From assembly GCA_020137815.1 (NCBI GenBank), contig CM035351.1, forward strand, positions 4,278,001 through 4,342,000: a DNA stretch of 64,000 bases. The letters run 5' to 3'. Under the pieces are notes generated by a model. That model was not told the DNA's origin. It was given only the letters and a program-made list of their open reading frames with translations, and ran no database searches. Both the position numbers and the translations under genes were made by a program. The stretch is from Hormiphora californensis. Its lineage: Eukaryota > Animalia > Ctenophora. Shown in pieces: positions 33,863-46,430 of this stretch; the stretch's first letter is position 1; every line of letters starts with the position of its first letter.

Positions 33863-33870
33863 TTTATATA
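33863..33870 (-). promoter_or_regulatory. Candidate TATA box (TATATAAA) for the CIA30-domain gene
   Basis: 36 nt upstream of ATG 33826 on the minus strand. Confidence 0.45.
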
Positions 33871-34219
33871 AAGAAGCAGCAGATATAATTAGCAAGTTAA
33901 AAGAAGAAATTGGCCAAATAAACGGTTTAACAAGTTCAGTGCCGCTCACAGTACAACAATAAAGATTCACAATCTCGCATATATATATTTCTCGCACTTT
34001 CTTATGAACTTGGAGCCCAACAATCTCATTCACACTGTAAGTTCATTCAAACTGAGTTTCCAGCAATCTCATTCACACAAAGTCTCACTTTCTCTCCTGA
34101 AATCTCTTTCGGTAAAGCAGGTGGAACTCTCTCAAACAACAAAACCAGGTAGTTGGAAATACCACGTACATACACTGTGCAGCAACATTGGTGATACCAA
34201 ATATATCACGTACTCCCAC

Positions 34220-37200
34220 TCACTCTACTACTGCTGCCGATGCACCTTCTCCAAGTGCAGACTTGATATAATAACTTGTCAGTAGCATGGCACTGTTCTG
34301 AACTGGTATTGGTTTGGTGGACACTATCTCCCAGGTGCCGGTGGCGGTATCAAACCTCTGAACTCGGACAACCCTGACTACTTCCTCGCACATGAATAGG
34401 AGGATGTAGAGGGAGCCGTTATGAGATGCTACTGCACTGTTCATGATGAAGAAGTTTTGGGGTTCGTTCAAGATGGAGCCCAGGACGCGGGTCCAGAGTC
34501 TCTGGTCCGGCTGGAAGTGGTATAGGACCTGGGGAAAGGGGGAGGGTTGTGTGACAATCCATTACGCCGTCTAGTTTGAATTGTCCTTACTCATTCTGTC
34601 CCTAAAGGTTAAACCAAATCTATCTTACCTGCCCCCTCTCAGATCCCATTAGTGATCATACCGAAAAAGGTGACCCCCTCACTCCTCTAAATTCATGCCC
34701 CCTCGCTGGTCGCTGCTCTTATGCGAGGCAACCCCAATGAACTACTAGTTCATTCTTCTTCGACTACTCAATACTCATTCTCTGCCCGGATCCCCAACAC
34801 GAGATATTATTTGCATTTTGATCACGCAATACTTTTCCCCAAACTATGATATATTATTACATCCCAAACACAAACATACCACAGATTTGTACTCGGCTGT
34901 AAGAAGGAATATCTTCCTATTAGAGGTAGCAGCCTGACAGGACCCCATCGTGGTGGGTACGTTGGGTTGGGGTGACCAGGAGTTAGCATGGGGCTCATAA
35001 CACATAACCGTATCTGTAGGTTTACCGTGGGGTCTCTGAAGGAGGGGGAGGGGTTACCGTGGGGTCTCTGAAGGAGGGGAAGGGGGTTACCGTGGGGTCT
35101 CTGAAGGAGGGGAGGGGTTACCGTGGGAACTTTGAAGGAGGGCCAGGGGGAGGGGGTCACCGTGGGGTCTCTGATGGGATGGGGAATGAGGGGGTTCTAG
35201 GAACATCTAAATCCAGATTATATCCAGATATTGATAGCAAACCCCCAGGGATAATAACATACCTGTCCGCAGAAAGTGAAGAGAAGCCCATTACACGCGG
35301 CTGCAGCCCCTTGGTACCCAATCTTGAAACAGGGAGCTACTGTAGTCCAGGAGTTACCCGATATACTGTACTTGTCCACAACGTATTGGCACTGCTGGGC
35401 CACTGTGTTGTTTCGCCCTCCTACTATGTAGATATCGTCACCTAAACAGAGATGGTAGTGGGAGATACATTGAGTCACCTAAAGAGATGTGGTAGTGGGA
35501 GATACAGTGAGTCACCTAACGAGATGGTAGTGAGGTGTATAACAGTGAATCACCTAATAAAGAGATGGTAGTGAGGTGTACAGTGAGTCACCTAAATATA
35601 TGGTAGTGGGAGATACAATGAGTCACCTAAAGACAGGTGAGGAAAGAGGGGGAGGAAAGGTATACGACTGGAGGGACTTTAGGATGAAAATGATATTTGA
35701 ACAAGATAAAAACAGGTTAAATAGGTAATAAAAGTTACCTATTCGAACAGCCACAGCGTTTTCCCTCGGCCGCGGTCCCGGTTCCATTAGTTTGCACTGG
35801 TCCGTCTTCAGATCGAATTGTTGCATGTTTGCTAGAAACTGACTGGACTGGTCCTTACCCCCGAAGACATAGGCATTGGTTCCCGCTGTAGTAGCTGCAC
35901 ACCCAAAACAAGGCTGAGTTAACTCCCCCGAATCCTCCCAGTCTTGATAGACCTGGAGGAAGGTGTGACTACTCGGATGGAGAGTATGAACTCTTTTGTA
36001 TACAATTATTGTACAGCAAATGACGAGATTTGCTAGTCACACATGGTCTCACGTAAAACCCAGAGACCCCTAGCAACAGCAAACATAATTACCGAGTTAG
36101 TTTTGCATGAATCCAGATCAAGAGACAGATTGCTTTTAACCACAGTGACCCCAGTGACCACACTGAACGGCTGAATATGTCTGAATATTGTCCTAACTGT
36201 TGACATGGTACTATTAGACCCTCCTAACAGGACCATCTTAGTGCGCCACCTATTAACAGGTTCAATCGGTGCCGCTATAGCCACTTTACGCCGCTTTGTA
36301 ACCGGTTCTTCCAGCCCCGCGTGGTTGCATGTTATCGTCCAGAGACGGGAGCTAGGTGTGGCAACAACACCACTGTTAGAAGGTGTAGCGGGTGTTGGGT
36401 CCGTTCTAGAGGTGATTGTTAGGGTGTCGGAGGGTGATACTGACACCACACGTGCCCTCTCTTCCTCCTCCTCTGGTTCTGCAGCAGGTGAGGGATCCGG
36501 ACTGGGTGGTGATGGTGGCTCTGGACCACCAGGTGATGGGGAGGAGGAGGCGTGGGCCCGGGCTGCACAGAGGATTGAAGCAGCAGTGGGGATAACTGAT
36601 GATGTCAATAGTTGGCGTGTCCGCTCCTCTGAAAGAGACAGAAAGATGTTATTAAAATATATAGGGTAGCGACTGGCTACTATTTGAAATGGCGGCTAAT
36701 TTTAAACACCTCCTCTACAGGCCAGCAGGTGCACCAGATTTGGATATTTAGACATCAGTGGGCTTGGCATGGCATGAGTTCTGACTATATTCCACATCCA
36801 ATCCAATGAACAGATGCTTGAAACCCATATCATTAGTGAATACTGACCACCCTATCTTACTCTCCCCAGCAACCCAATCTTATAGTTACCCATATCTTAC
36901 TACCCCCAGCAACCCAATAGTTACCCATGTCAGGGAAGATTGCACTGAATGCTGAAGCTGATCCAGGTCTAATCTGCAATAGATTGTATACAGCAGTATG
37001 GGGGATTATAACCGTGTGATTCTTTCGTTTCATCAACCATCCCTGGATGGCATTCCATGCTTCATCCGATAACACATCAGACGAGTTATACACCTAGGTG
37101 AGAAACAAAGGGCTAGATAAAGCGAGATGTGGAGGAGTTATACACCTGTAGTTGGGAGAAGCAGAGGGTCGGTCTGGAGATCATATTGTTTGAGTTGTAA

Positions 37201-38043
37201 AACTAGAGGTGCATGGAGTTGACGAAGTGTGCAGATAATTGGTTGGGAGATCTCAGATCATCATAGCCCATAGGATTTGTAATATTTTTGGATTGATTTC
37301 ATAAGTTTCATAAGTAATTAGTTGAACCAATTAGTTAGTTCACTACCTACCATTGGTTCAGTGCAGATAAGTGTAATTGCAGCATCAGCCAGGGGGTAGA
37401 TTGAGTAGAGAACTGCAAAGTTCAATGTTTTCACACAACTTTCAGGGTTCAGGTGAACGTGTAACTGAGTCATACACACAAACTGCACTGCTTCTACCTG
37501 GGAGAGATTGGTGATCATTGATCTAATAAAACTAAGGGGGAGAGGAGAGAAGGGGGTATACATGAGAGAGGATCGATGATCACTAACCCGATGTAAAATG
37601 ATCGTTAGGAAAGTCAAAAAGTCCTATAATTGTAAAGCTTGGTTACTGCAGTACCTGAAGGGTGTCAGCAGCAGCGAATATCTCAAACATGTTTTCAGTT
37701 GTCACGTTCAGTACCCCTGAATACAGAAAGTCCAGGAGCGCAGACAAAGCAGTTGGATCGACACTGTTTAACACAACCTCCCTTTTATCAGGATCTGGCA
37801 GCCACCGATCGAAATAGTTTGCAAAATACAGACTTCCACCCGCCAACACAGCCCTGTGAACGCTAAACTCTTCCCGTGACATATCAGCTTTGTGTCACAG
37901 AGGTTCTGGTGTTTTCTCATGGTCCGGAGCTGTTTCAGAAAGCGGACTGCATGGGAGGGGACCTCCACACCTCCACCCTCAGCAACGGTGGAGGAATAGT
38001 AGCTGGATTTGATGAGCGGAGATAGAGGGTCATCTTCGTTCAT
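34220..38043 (-). CDS. Kelch-like BTB-(BACK)-Kelch protein, multi-exon; 1-nt frameshift near 37875
   Basis: MRKHQNLCDTKLIC/EEFSVHRAVLAGGSLYF...LLDFLYSGVLNVTTENMFEIFAAADTLQV (BTB); Kelch blades AYVFGG...FDLKTDQC, DDIYIVGG...YSISGNSW, VQRFDTATGTW. Internal exon limits partly uncertain. Confidence 0.85.
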
Positions 38044-38352
38044 TTATAGAGAGCCTATATTGAGGGATTAGGGTTACTGAATGGTTACGGTTACGGTAAC
38101 TGAGCGGTTACTGTCACTGAAAGGGTTAGTACTGTTACTGTAGCTGTTACAACATGGTAGTGGGAGGAATTATATGTACTAGATCTGGTGAAAGTGAAAA
38201 TAGAAACAGATAAACATGGTTATTTTACACGCACAGTGCACACTATTTACACAAATATTCCCCGCTCCTCCAAATCACTCTGTGTACCGTATACCGGGCT
38301 CTTATTAACAAGCCCAGTATATAATGGCTCGAAATGCCCCACACACCCTCTC

Positions 38353-38988
38353 TCAGTCTATAGTAAATATCCTGGAAGCAATATCCTGAATCAGCCAGTC
38401 CATGCCGTGTAGCAGGTTGTGCCCTGTAACAGCACTACAATCCACAATGGCCCAGTGATGTGTCTTGATAGCGTCCAACTCTAGGACCTCCCTGATCTCC
38501 TTCGCAGAGAGAGCTCCTGGTAGATCCTGTTTGTTCGCAAAGACGAGGAGGGTGGCTCCAGCCAGCCGCTCTTCAAGGAGAAGTGAGGATAGCTCCTTGC
38601 TACACGCTTCCAGCCTTAGGGAGGGGGTGGGGTTAGAGAGGTGGTTAGGGAGGGGTGGTGTTAGAGAGGGATATATTTTTGAGATAATTACGTACCGGCG
38701 TTTGTCTGCACTATCCACAACCCAAATAAGCCCATCAGTTGTCTCAAAATAATTCTTCCAGTAGGATCTCAGACTCTTCTGACCACCTACATCCCAGATA
38801 TTCAGCTTGAACCCTCCGTGTTCAAGAGTTTTAATATTGAACCCAAGGGTAGGAGAAATTGTGGAGATATCTTCGCCGTTGAATTTCTTCAGAATGGTAG
38901 TTTTCCCGGCGTTATCTAGACCGAGCATCAACAACCTCATTTCCTTCTCTTTCTCCTTCATCTTCTTGAGAATCGTTAACAAACCCAT
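38353..38988 (-). CDS. ARL2: ADP-ribosylation factor-like 2; exons 38988-38696, 38614-38353
   Basis: [69 protein letters not shown]. Confidence 0.97.
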   Translation of the reverse strand: MGLLTILKKMKEKEKEMRLLMLGLDNAGKTTILKKFNGEDISTISPTLGFNIKTLEHGGFKLNIWDVGGQKSLRSYWKNYFETTDGLIWVVDSADKRRYVIISKIYPSLTPPLPNHLSNPTPSLRLEACSKELSSLLLEERLAGATLLVFANKQDLPGALSAKEIREVLELDAIKTHHWAIVDCSAVTGHNLLHGMDWLIQDIASRIFTID

Positions 38989-39283
38989 GAAGCTAGAATC
39001 GGAGTGAGAAATTAACAACACGAACCGGTAAGTTAGCAAGAGTTGTGTCGCCTGATGACACTGTGTCCGTGCTCCGAACAATTCACAGCAAGAGAAACAG
39101 GCCGTTTCTATAAAAACAACAAATAAATACAAAGCACCAACTTTCACAGAAATCATCTCAAACCCTGATCACTCATTAAATCTTTCCAATTATTGTTTCT
39201 CTCCTCATCATAAGTACAGTAACGATCTCACTTTCTCTCGCTCAGTTATTGTAACGACCTCACTACCTCTCTCTCTCTTCATA

Positions 39284-39730
39284 TCACTTCGACTTGTCGT
39301 ATGTTTCCAAGAGTTTCGTCACATCACTGCTGCTGGTATCCACACAGATTGAAACAATGTGTTTCCCGGGCACCATAACAAGTCCCAGCAACCTTGGCTC
39401 ACCTAGTAAAGGGAAGGGGAATTAGAAAGGTAGTATGAGAAGTTGGGTACGGTAGGAGAAGATGGGGGGTTTTTTTTGCTCTATTTGAGGAGGGGAAGCG
39501 CAGGGAGGACACATATTGTGAAATACAATTAGCCTTGTTTCCTAACCTTGTACCGTGTTCCAGTATTCCGCAGCACCCCCAATGATCAGGTTCCTATCTC
39601 GGTCAGTACAGAGTAGAGACCCAATCAAGATCCTTCCATCACTGATCTCTACCCTCAGCATTTTATTTATCAAACCCCTCACGAAATCCTTGTCTGTTAT
39701 TGTTGTTGGAGCGGTGGTTATTGTTGCCAT
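39284..39730 (-). CDS. NAA38: NatC auxiliary Sm-like subunit (LSMD1/Mak31); exons 39730-39547, 39402-39284
   Basis: LINKMLRVEISDGRILIGSLLCTDRDRNLIIGGAAEY / EPRLLGLVMVPGKHIVSICVD. Confidence 0.92.
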
Positions 39731-40170
39731 GGTTACTAGAGGAAAAGAAGGTTTAGTTTCGGATAAAGTTGGTAAACTTTTTCAGGGATGGGGTTCGGAG
39801 AATCAAAAACAAAAACTTTCATGTTGTCTGTCTAAATAAAATGTATTGCAGTACACAATTTGTTACACAAAAAACATGCCCTGATTTACAAAAAATAAGT
39901 AAAAATTCACACACACTCGTTTTAAGTCCAAACCAAACTTGTTGCTGTTTTACATAATTAATTTGTTTTTCACTGTTTATAAAAACAACATTTCTCTCAC
40001 ATCGTAATCCACACTAATTTCTGGTCAATGAAATATACAGCCTTACTACGTCACATTGTAATAAAAACCCATGGTTAATAAATTAAATCATTGTCTGATT
40101 CTTAGAGTTCAGGGTTTTCCACCCACATTCGAAACAACAAAATGTAACTACTGATATAATTGTCGCCTCC

Positions 40171-41412
40171 CTATCGCCTATCATAAGGACTCTTCCTACT
40201 CCCTCCCCGATATCTGTCAAACCCACTGAGAAGGTTGTCATAGTTGGAGCCACCAGAGGTCTTGTGGTTTCTACTATATCCCGACTGCTGTTGTCGACCA
40301 TACCCAGAATGCTGAGGTAGATGATGTGCTGGCTGCTGCGGTATCTGCAAAAGATGATTTCCAGATCGCTGCCCTGGTACCTGTGTCCGGATATTACTGT
40401 ACTGATTCTCACGGGGCTGGGGCCTCTCAGTAAAGACTCTCTTAGTAGCTGTGAAGGCCCTTTTTAGAGGTCCCATCATTTGCCCCTTATCCTCCTCCTG
40501 TCTCTTCTTCTTTATCTCACTCTCGAACACCTTGTCCACCGAGTGGGCCTCACTTGCAGCGTCCAACAAGCTGTCCTTAGCCTGAGAGTTGTGGACAACT
40601 ATCACTTCAGTACCCCTTCCCCGGAATCCCCGGATATCCATGCTGAAGTCAGAATCCCCTGAAATCAGCACAATTCTGGAGAACTTGTGAGCATCAACGA
40701 AGTTTACCATCAACTGCCTGAGTTTGTTATCAGCTGCATCAGGTTTGTGTCTGGGGATGTTTATCAGGTCCAAGTTGTATTCCCACATCTGTTTTTCTAG
40801 CTTGTGGGGGACATATCTGAACCACGTCACAACTGAGAAAGTCTTCTCCCAGAGCCCAGGACCCTCCGCGAACTGCTTTCTGATCTTGTTGATGAATTCT
40901 GCAGGAGTAACACCGGAGGGTATTGGGATGTTCTCAATGTCGTAGAAGATACCAACTGCCACCCGGGATGGGGACTTTTTACCGGCCTGTCGGTGTTCCT
41001 CTGTAAAACTCTTCTCCAGCTGTTCTTTCCGTTTCGGGTTCGGCTGGAACTCAAAGTCATCTATCATGATGATGGAGTTCAGTTCTCCCTCCTCCAATAG
41101 GAACCCGGCCTTGTTTTCCTTCACATCTGTCTTCTTAACTTCCGTCACCTTTGGCTCATTATCTTTCTTGGTAGTAAGGGTTACGGGGGTGTTCTCCTTT
41201 GCAGCGCTAGGATCAGGCAGTACCACGACACTTTCATCTCCAATAGTGGCAACTGTGGAGACATTTGGAGAGACAGCTGAAATCTCGGAGATGTCCAGGA
41301 TACCAAGGGGTTTCCGAGGATGGGCTCGGGATGGAGTGGAACTGGAACTACCGGTACCGGAGATGTTGAAGTACTGGAACGCAGACTTGATTCGTTCTTT
41401 GATTTTGGGCAT
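40171..41412 (-). CDS. Stand-alone NYN-domain (MARF1/Limkain-b1-like PIN fold) ribonuclease, intronless, 413 aa
   Basis: VGIFYDIENIPIP, KPDAADNKL, IVLISGDSDFS, VIVVHN; catalytic Asp residues retained. Confidence 0.88.
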   Translation of the reverse strand: MPKIKERIKSAFQYFNISGTGSSSSTPSRAHPRKPLGILDISEISAVSPNVSTVATIGDESVVVLPDPSAAKENTPVTLTTKKDNEPKVTEVKKTDVKENKAGFLLEEGELNSIIMIDDFEFQPNPKRKEQLEKSFTEEHRQAGKKSPSRVAVGIFYDIENIPIPSGVTPAEFINKIRKQFAEGPGLWEKTFSVVTWFRYVPHKLEKQMWEYNLDLINIPRHKPDAADNKLRQLMVNFVDAHKFSRIVLISGDSDFSMDIRGFRGRGTEVIVVHNSQAKDSLLDAASEAHSVDKVFESEIKKKRQEEDKGQMMGPLKRAFTATKRVFTERPQPRENQYSNIRTQVPGQRSGNHLLQIPQQPAHHLPQHSGYGRQQQSGYSRNHKTSGGSNYDNLLSGFDRYRGGSRKSPYDRR

Positions 41413-41650
41413 TGTGGCTAGCTAGAGAAGGGGATATTTGTGTTAGTAATTAAAATTGGAGTCAAGAATGTGTGTCAGAGAAACTCAGGGTAAAGGAAGG
41501 ATTGGAGAATCATGACTGGGTATCAAAAACTGCGGTAAAACTTAAACAACATCACAAGAATTAAAAAACAATAATTTAAACACAGCCCACATGCACACAA
41601 TCATAAAAATCTCTCACACACACAGTCAAACCAACGGCAAAGATATTATT

Positions 41651-44600
41651 TCAATATGGTTTCCTTAGATAAAAAAATCGATCTAAAATTCTGAAAAGGA
41701 CATAGCAACAAACACGTTTTAAAGCTTTCCACTTCACTATCACTATAACCAAAACTAAGAGGAGTAAAAACAATGTCACTGATAAAAATATCTGTTGTTC
41801 AGACTGCTGAGTCCTCCTAATATCTCCAATATACTGGAACCTGTTAGTCTGACCCACGGGTAGCTCAAATGGGCTAGGATTGGGAAATAGTGTCTGGTAA
41901 AAATCCCGCAACATTCCAGACAACTGAACCTGTGATTCATGACCATGATTCATATTGTCATTCAAACAGATAAACTTTTTGGGCCGGTGCCGCACTGCAT
42001 CAAGATCATTGGTTACCTTGGTAACATTACTTTTTAACATTTTAAATGTCACATCATAGTCATCAGTTATCTCGTGCGAGAAGCGGGTTAGCTCCCTAAG
42101 TGACATCTCTACCACAGCAACTAATGAATCACACTGAAGAACACCCTCTACACTACCCAGATCAGTAGTACAATTACCAAGGGCCTCCTCAAACAAAGTA
42201 CTGTTGTCAGGGGAGACGGGAACGGTAAACAAACGGGACCGAAGGACGGCCATTTCACCGCGGGAAAGGAGGCCATCCTGGTTGAGATCTGAGGAGGTAA
42301 CCCGTTCCCGGATAGTTTCCCGTCGGAGGGAGTGAATGAGGTAGTAGTAGTAGGAGAAAGCAAATTGCATGTCCTCAGAGGTACGGAAACGAGATGAGGA
42401 AGTGTGTTGGAATTCCTCAGGGAAACTGTGTGAGGAGAGGAGGGTTTAGGGTAAGGACGGTGAGTGGGCAGCAGGTGGGCAGCAGGTTTCAAAATTGAGC
42501 AGTAAAATTGAGGCAAAAGTAGTACAAATAAATGTATATTATTCTACTGTGACATTACAAGCTCAAGACTAAAGAAAGGGGGAAGCAAGGGGAAGGCAAT
42601 TTAATATTACGGGAAACTAAAAAGAGAGAGACTAGAGAGATGGGAAGTACTACTCACTCATCATGTAGATCACGCAGAATGGTTTTGTTGATTAGAAAGG
42701 GCATGTGACTAATCACTTTCCTCTGGCTCTTCCCATACTTCCCATTATACAGATTGTTAACATGGTGTAATGAGTCAGCGAATGTGTCCATTAGATGCCT
42801 TCCTGGATACCTGACACCATCAACATCGTATTCTAGAGGGGCTCTATTAGGTAACCGCTCCTTATTAGGTAAGCGCTCCTTATTAAGTAAGCGCTCCTTA
42901 TTAGGTAATTGCTCATGATCAGGTAGCCCATCTCCTGTTACAGGGTCGCTCTGAGCTGCCCTCTCAAAGATGGGTGCTTCTGGCTGTATGGGAGCTATTG
43001 GTTGTACTGGGACTTCAGGTTGTACTGGGACTTCAGGTTGTACTGGGACTTCAGGTTGAACTGGGACTTCAGGTTGTACTGGGACTTCAGGTTGTACCGG
43101 CTGTACCGGCAAGATCGGCTCAACTGGTTGTACTGGCAGGACAGGATCTATCGGCTGAACGGGAGCTATTGGTTCAACTGGTTGTACTGGAGGTATTGGT
43201 TCAACTGGCTGTACTGGAGGTATTGGTTGAACCCCCGATTTAATAAACTCAGGAATGTTCCACACCTCTTTGTGCACCACACTAATTTCAGGAGGCGGGG
43301 GTTTCACGTAGACAGGCGCTGGGTTAGTATCAATATTCAACGTCAGATGGAAGGTGTCCTCATTATCTAGAGTCAACACCAGGGGAACAGATGCAGTTTG
43401 GTTGGGGAAGAATGTCAGGGAGATAATCTTGTGGGGTAGTGATAGTACCGCAGTTCGTATAACCCCTGGTGCCTCAAACCTCCCTCCTGTAACTACAACT
43501 CCCGTTGTTGTTTCTCCAGACGACACCCCGGCTCCGGCTCCAGAAGACAGCCCGGCTCCAGTTGTTGACACGTTTAGGTACATAGCAGATACACCCGGAT
43601 GAATATCTACAGTTGAGGTGTTAGTAACACCATTAAACACCCTAACCTCAAACACCTTCCCTCTAACATCCACTACCCCACAATCACCAGCATCGAACCC
43701 GCAATCCAGAACATTACAGGCAGGGTCACAGTACTTGTCCCCTACCCAGGAGGGGGAACACCCTGGATTACAATAATTCAGGGCATACATAGCCGCCCCT
43801 CCCGCCTGGTTCAGGAGAGAGTTAGCGAGGTTAGCTACAGAAGCTGATCCTGGCCTACAATCCCCACCATCAAAGTTACATGCAGTCACATTGCACGCTA
43901 AATCACAGTACCCGTCTGTCAGCCAGTTTGAGGGGCAGCCCGTGTTACAATTTGGAATGTTCCACGCCAGGTAGACCTTGTAACCTCGTGACGTCACGAA
44001 ATCAGTTGGGTGAACTGGTGCACCCAGGAAGACGTCATCGTTTAGGTAGAGAAAGTGGTGGGAGAGAGTTGGGATGTTCAGCATGTTGCTCTCGATGGAG
44101 GGAGAACTGAAGGAAGGGAGATGGGATGTGTTCCTGTAGACCTCCTCGTGGGTCACAATGTGTAACCGGGGGTGATTGATATTCAGCCAGTTAGGAACCT
44201 GACCATTAGTTAACAGGTAGATATTTCTAACCCAGGGCGCATTGATCATCAGAGAGCGGAGAGAGTACCTCAGTTCCTCGTTATCTGCGTACCGGTGTGC
44301 ACCAGAGTCTGCCGAACTCCCAACCTCATACCTGGGCCAAGGTGGCCACACTAGGAACGTCTCCAGGAACTCTAAACCCTCACCACAGGAGTCCCTGAAC
44401 CCAGGAATGGAATCCTTGGATACAGCTACATATTGGGTGTCTCTTGACATGACTCCTTCTGTGGAATTACAGGTGCTTCTAACTAGCTGGCTGCTTGTCC
44501 TAACATAGGGCCCAGAGCCTGTTTTGTGAGAGTAGAAGACCTCTGAAAACTTGACACTCCCTCCCCCGGCAAGAGCAAGGGATGATGTTTGTGCTACATT

Positions 44601-45283
44601 TCTGGCTGTCTCAATTGAACTGAACTTGATAAACAACAACCGTTCCTCGCTTCTCTCGGGTACTGCAAACTTCACATCAATAGCAGCTGAGAATGTGACG
44701 TGTTGTCGTATTGTCTCCAAGTTCACTGATTGGTCCGGGGTCGGGGAGGTACTGACCACTGCCGGAGCGGGGATACAACCCTCAATTGGACATACCCCAC
44801 CATTCATCTCAAAAGGGCTATCTCCACCAACACTGAGCAAAGACCGTCCTGTGAATAGTTTTAGTTTCTTGTTTATTTCAGGTACTGGGGTGGAGGGATG
44901 GAGGTAGTGTTGTACGAGTTGCTGATGGATGGGATCTGAACCATTGACCCAGGTGTAAAGGATATCAATTGGAAGGTGCTGGGTATCCTTGTAACATATC
45001 CCACCTATGTTATCACATCCTACCTGCAATGGGGAGGGGGTGATGAGAGAGGGAGTTTACAAGGAGGGGAGATGAGAGAGGGGGATCAGGAGTGGGTTGT
45101 TCAGAGGCGTGATGGACAGTGAAATATTGAAACGAGCGAAATGATTATAATTACCTGGTACACTAAAAGGGAAGTATCATGTAGAGCGAACCAAGTAAGG
45201 AGGACTGCCAATAGAACAGGAATCAAGGGCAAACGACAGGAAAGAAATGCCCATTTTATGTGCTTTAGCCTAAAGAGTTTCAT
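41651..45283 (-). CDS. GNPTAB: GlcNAc-1-phosphotransferase alpha/beta precursor; exons 45283-45155, 45023-42658, 42425-41651
   Basis: Stealth CR1 PIDILYTWVNGSD; CR2 RYADNEELRYSLRSL...FSSPSIE...YLNDD; two LNR repeats; RHLM/DTFADSL; CR3 HMPFLI...DMQFAFSYYYY; EF-hand DLNQDGLLS; CR4 KFICLNDN; N- and C-terminal TM helices. Confidence 0.96.
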
Positions 45284-45468
45284 GCCTAGAGAGGGATAAA
45301 TTGGAACGAAATTAGACACACGAATCGTCTAGATATTACTATACCACGTGACCCAATTTAAAAAGCTACAATTTGGAAATCTAACATGTGGTTTCTAGGG
45401 GTAACAAAAAACAGCTAGTTCAATAAGTTACAAACTATGGACCAAATTTCCTCAAAATTGTCTCTCCT

Positions 45469-45874
45469 TTATACAATAACACACTTCAAAGACCGTACGA
45501 ATGTGCGTGCTTCTCTCCAATGTTTCTCTTGCCGTGGGGTTTAGGGTTATCAGTGATTTTCCTCCACGCCTTCACAGTGACGTAGGTGATGATCGAGGCA
45601 GTTATTCCCCAGGTGATTCCAGGAACACCTCGTCGCGTAAACTGAGAGAGAGAGAGAGGGGGGTGTTATTAGTGTGGCACAAATAATGGGACACAGTTGC
45701 GGAGAGGACAGTCTTATATGAGACAGTAGACACAGTCCACTTAGTTATACTAACATTGTAAAATTGGCTCTTCCCGTAGGTCATCTCGGGTGCCCAGTAT
45801 TTGGCCCATGGGTCCTTGAGAGCAGGCCAGTTGCCCTCAGGGGGGTTTGGGATCCAATAACTTGCAACCGGCAT
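45469..45874 (-). CDS. NDUFB3: Complex I accessory subunit NDUFB3 (B12)-like; exons 45874-45755, 45641-45469
   Basis: LKDPWAK motif followed by PGITWGITASIITYVTV (compare LKDPW...KGFKWGFAAF); about 97 aa. Confidence 0.65.
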
Positions 45875-46145
45875 GGTGCTAGGGGAGAGGTGAAAATGTT
45901 AAATCACAGGTATCAAAATATATTAAAAACCAAATGTTAAGGATAAAGAAAAAAGCTAACGATAATAAATTTCACTACATTGACCGCTGAAAAGTTTAAA
46001 AAGGTTAAAAAAGAATCAAATACCTATACTAATGATTATGGTTATAAAAGTATAAAATCAAGTATCAAATAATGATTATCTACGATTGATTGTCTACATC
46101 CCTAAAAACATTAGTAGAGGGGTTGTAGCACCGGGAGGTAATGAG

Positions 46146-46430
46146 TAAACACACACACACGCATTGAGCTATTCTCCGGCTGAGGTAGTGGTTGGGAGTA
46201 ATGGCCGAGTATATATGAGAGCTTAGTGGACCCCCGGTTACAGGCAATGTTAACGGGGAGCGAAGCTAAGACGGTCCCTGTGACCCCCCAACCTTTTAAA
46301 ACTTGTATATCCGAATAAACTTGACATGTGGGCAGTAGCGATCATACTATATCTTGCCAGTACCTCAGCCCTATACCCAGCCGGAGAATAGCTAAACATT
46401 GAGCTTGCTCAATGCGTGTGTGTGTGTTTA
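46146..46430. mobile_element. MITE-like foldback element with (CA)n-containing TIRs
   Basis: TAAACACACACACACGCATTGAGC ... GCTCAATGCGTGTGTGTGTGTTTA, plus inner IR AGCTATTCTCCGGCTG / CAGCCGGAGAATAGCT. Confidence 0.75.

Noticed and set aside
33827-34033. N-terminal extension of the CIA30 ORF
   Set aside because: The signal peptide starts at 33826 and a TATA box lies within the extension.
37860-37890. Programmed frameshift in the Kelch BTB exon
   Set aside because: No slippery heptamer or stimulatory structure; a missing G in a G run fits sequencing error.
38989-39156. N-terminal extension of ARL2 in the ORF track
   Set aside because: ARL2 begins at the conserved MGLL, and an acceptor-like TAG lies 4 nt before that ATG.
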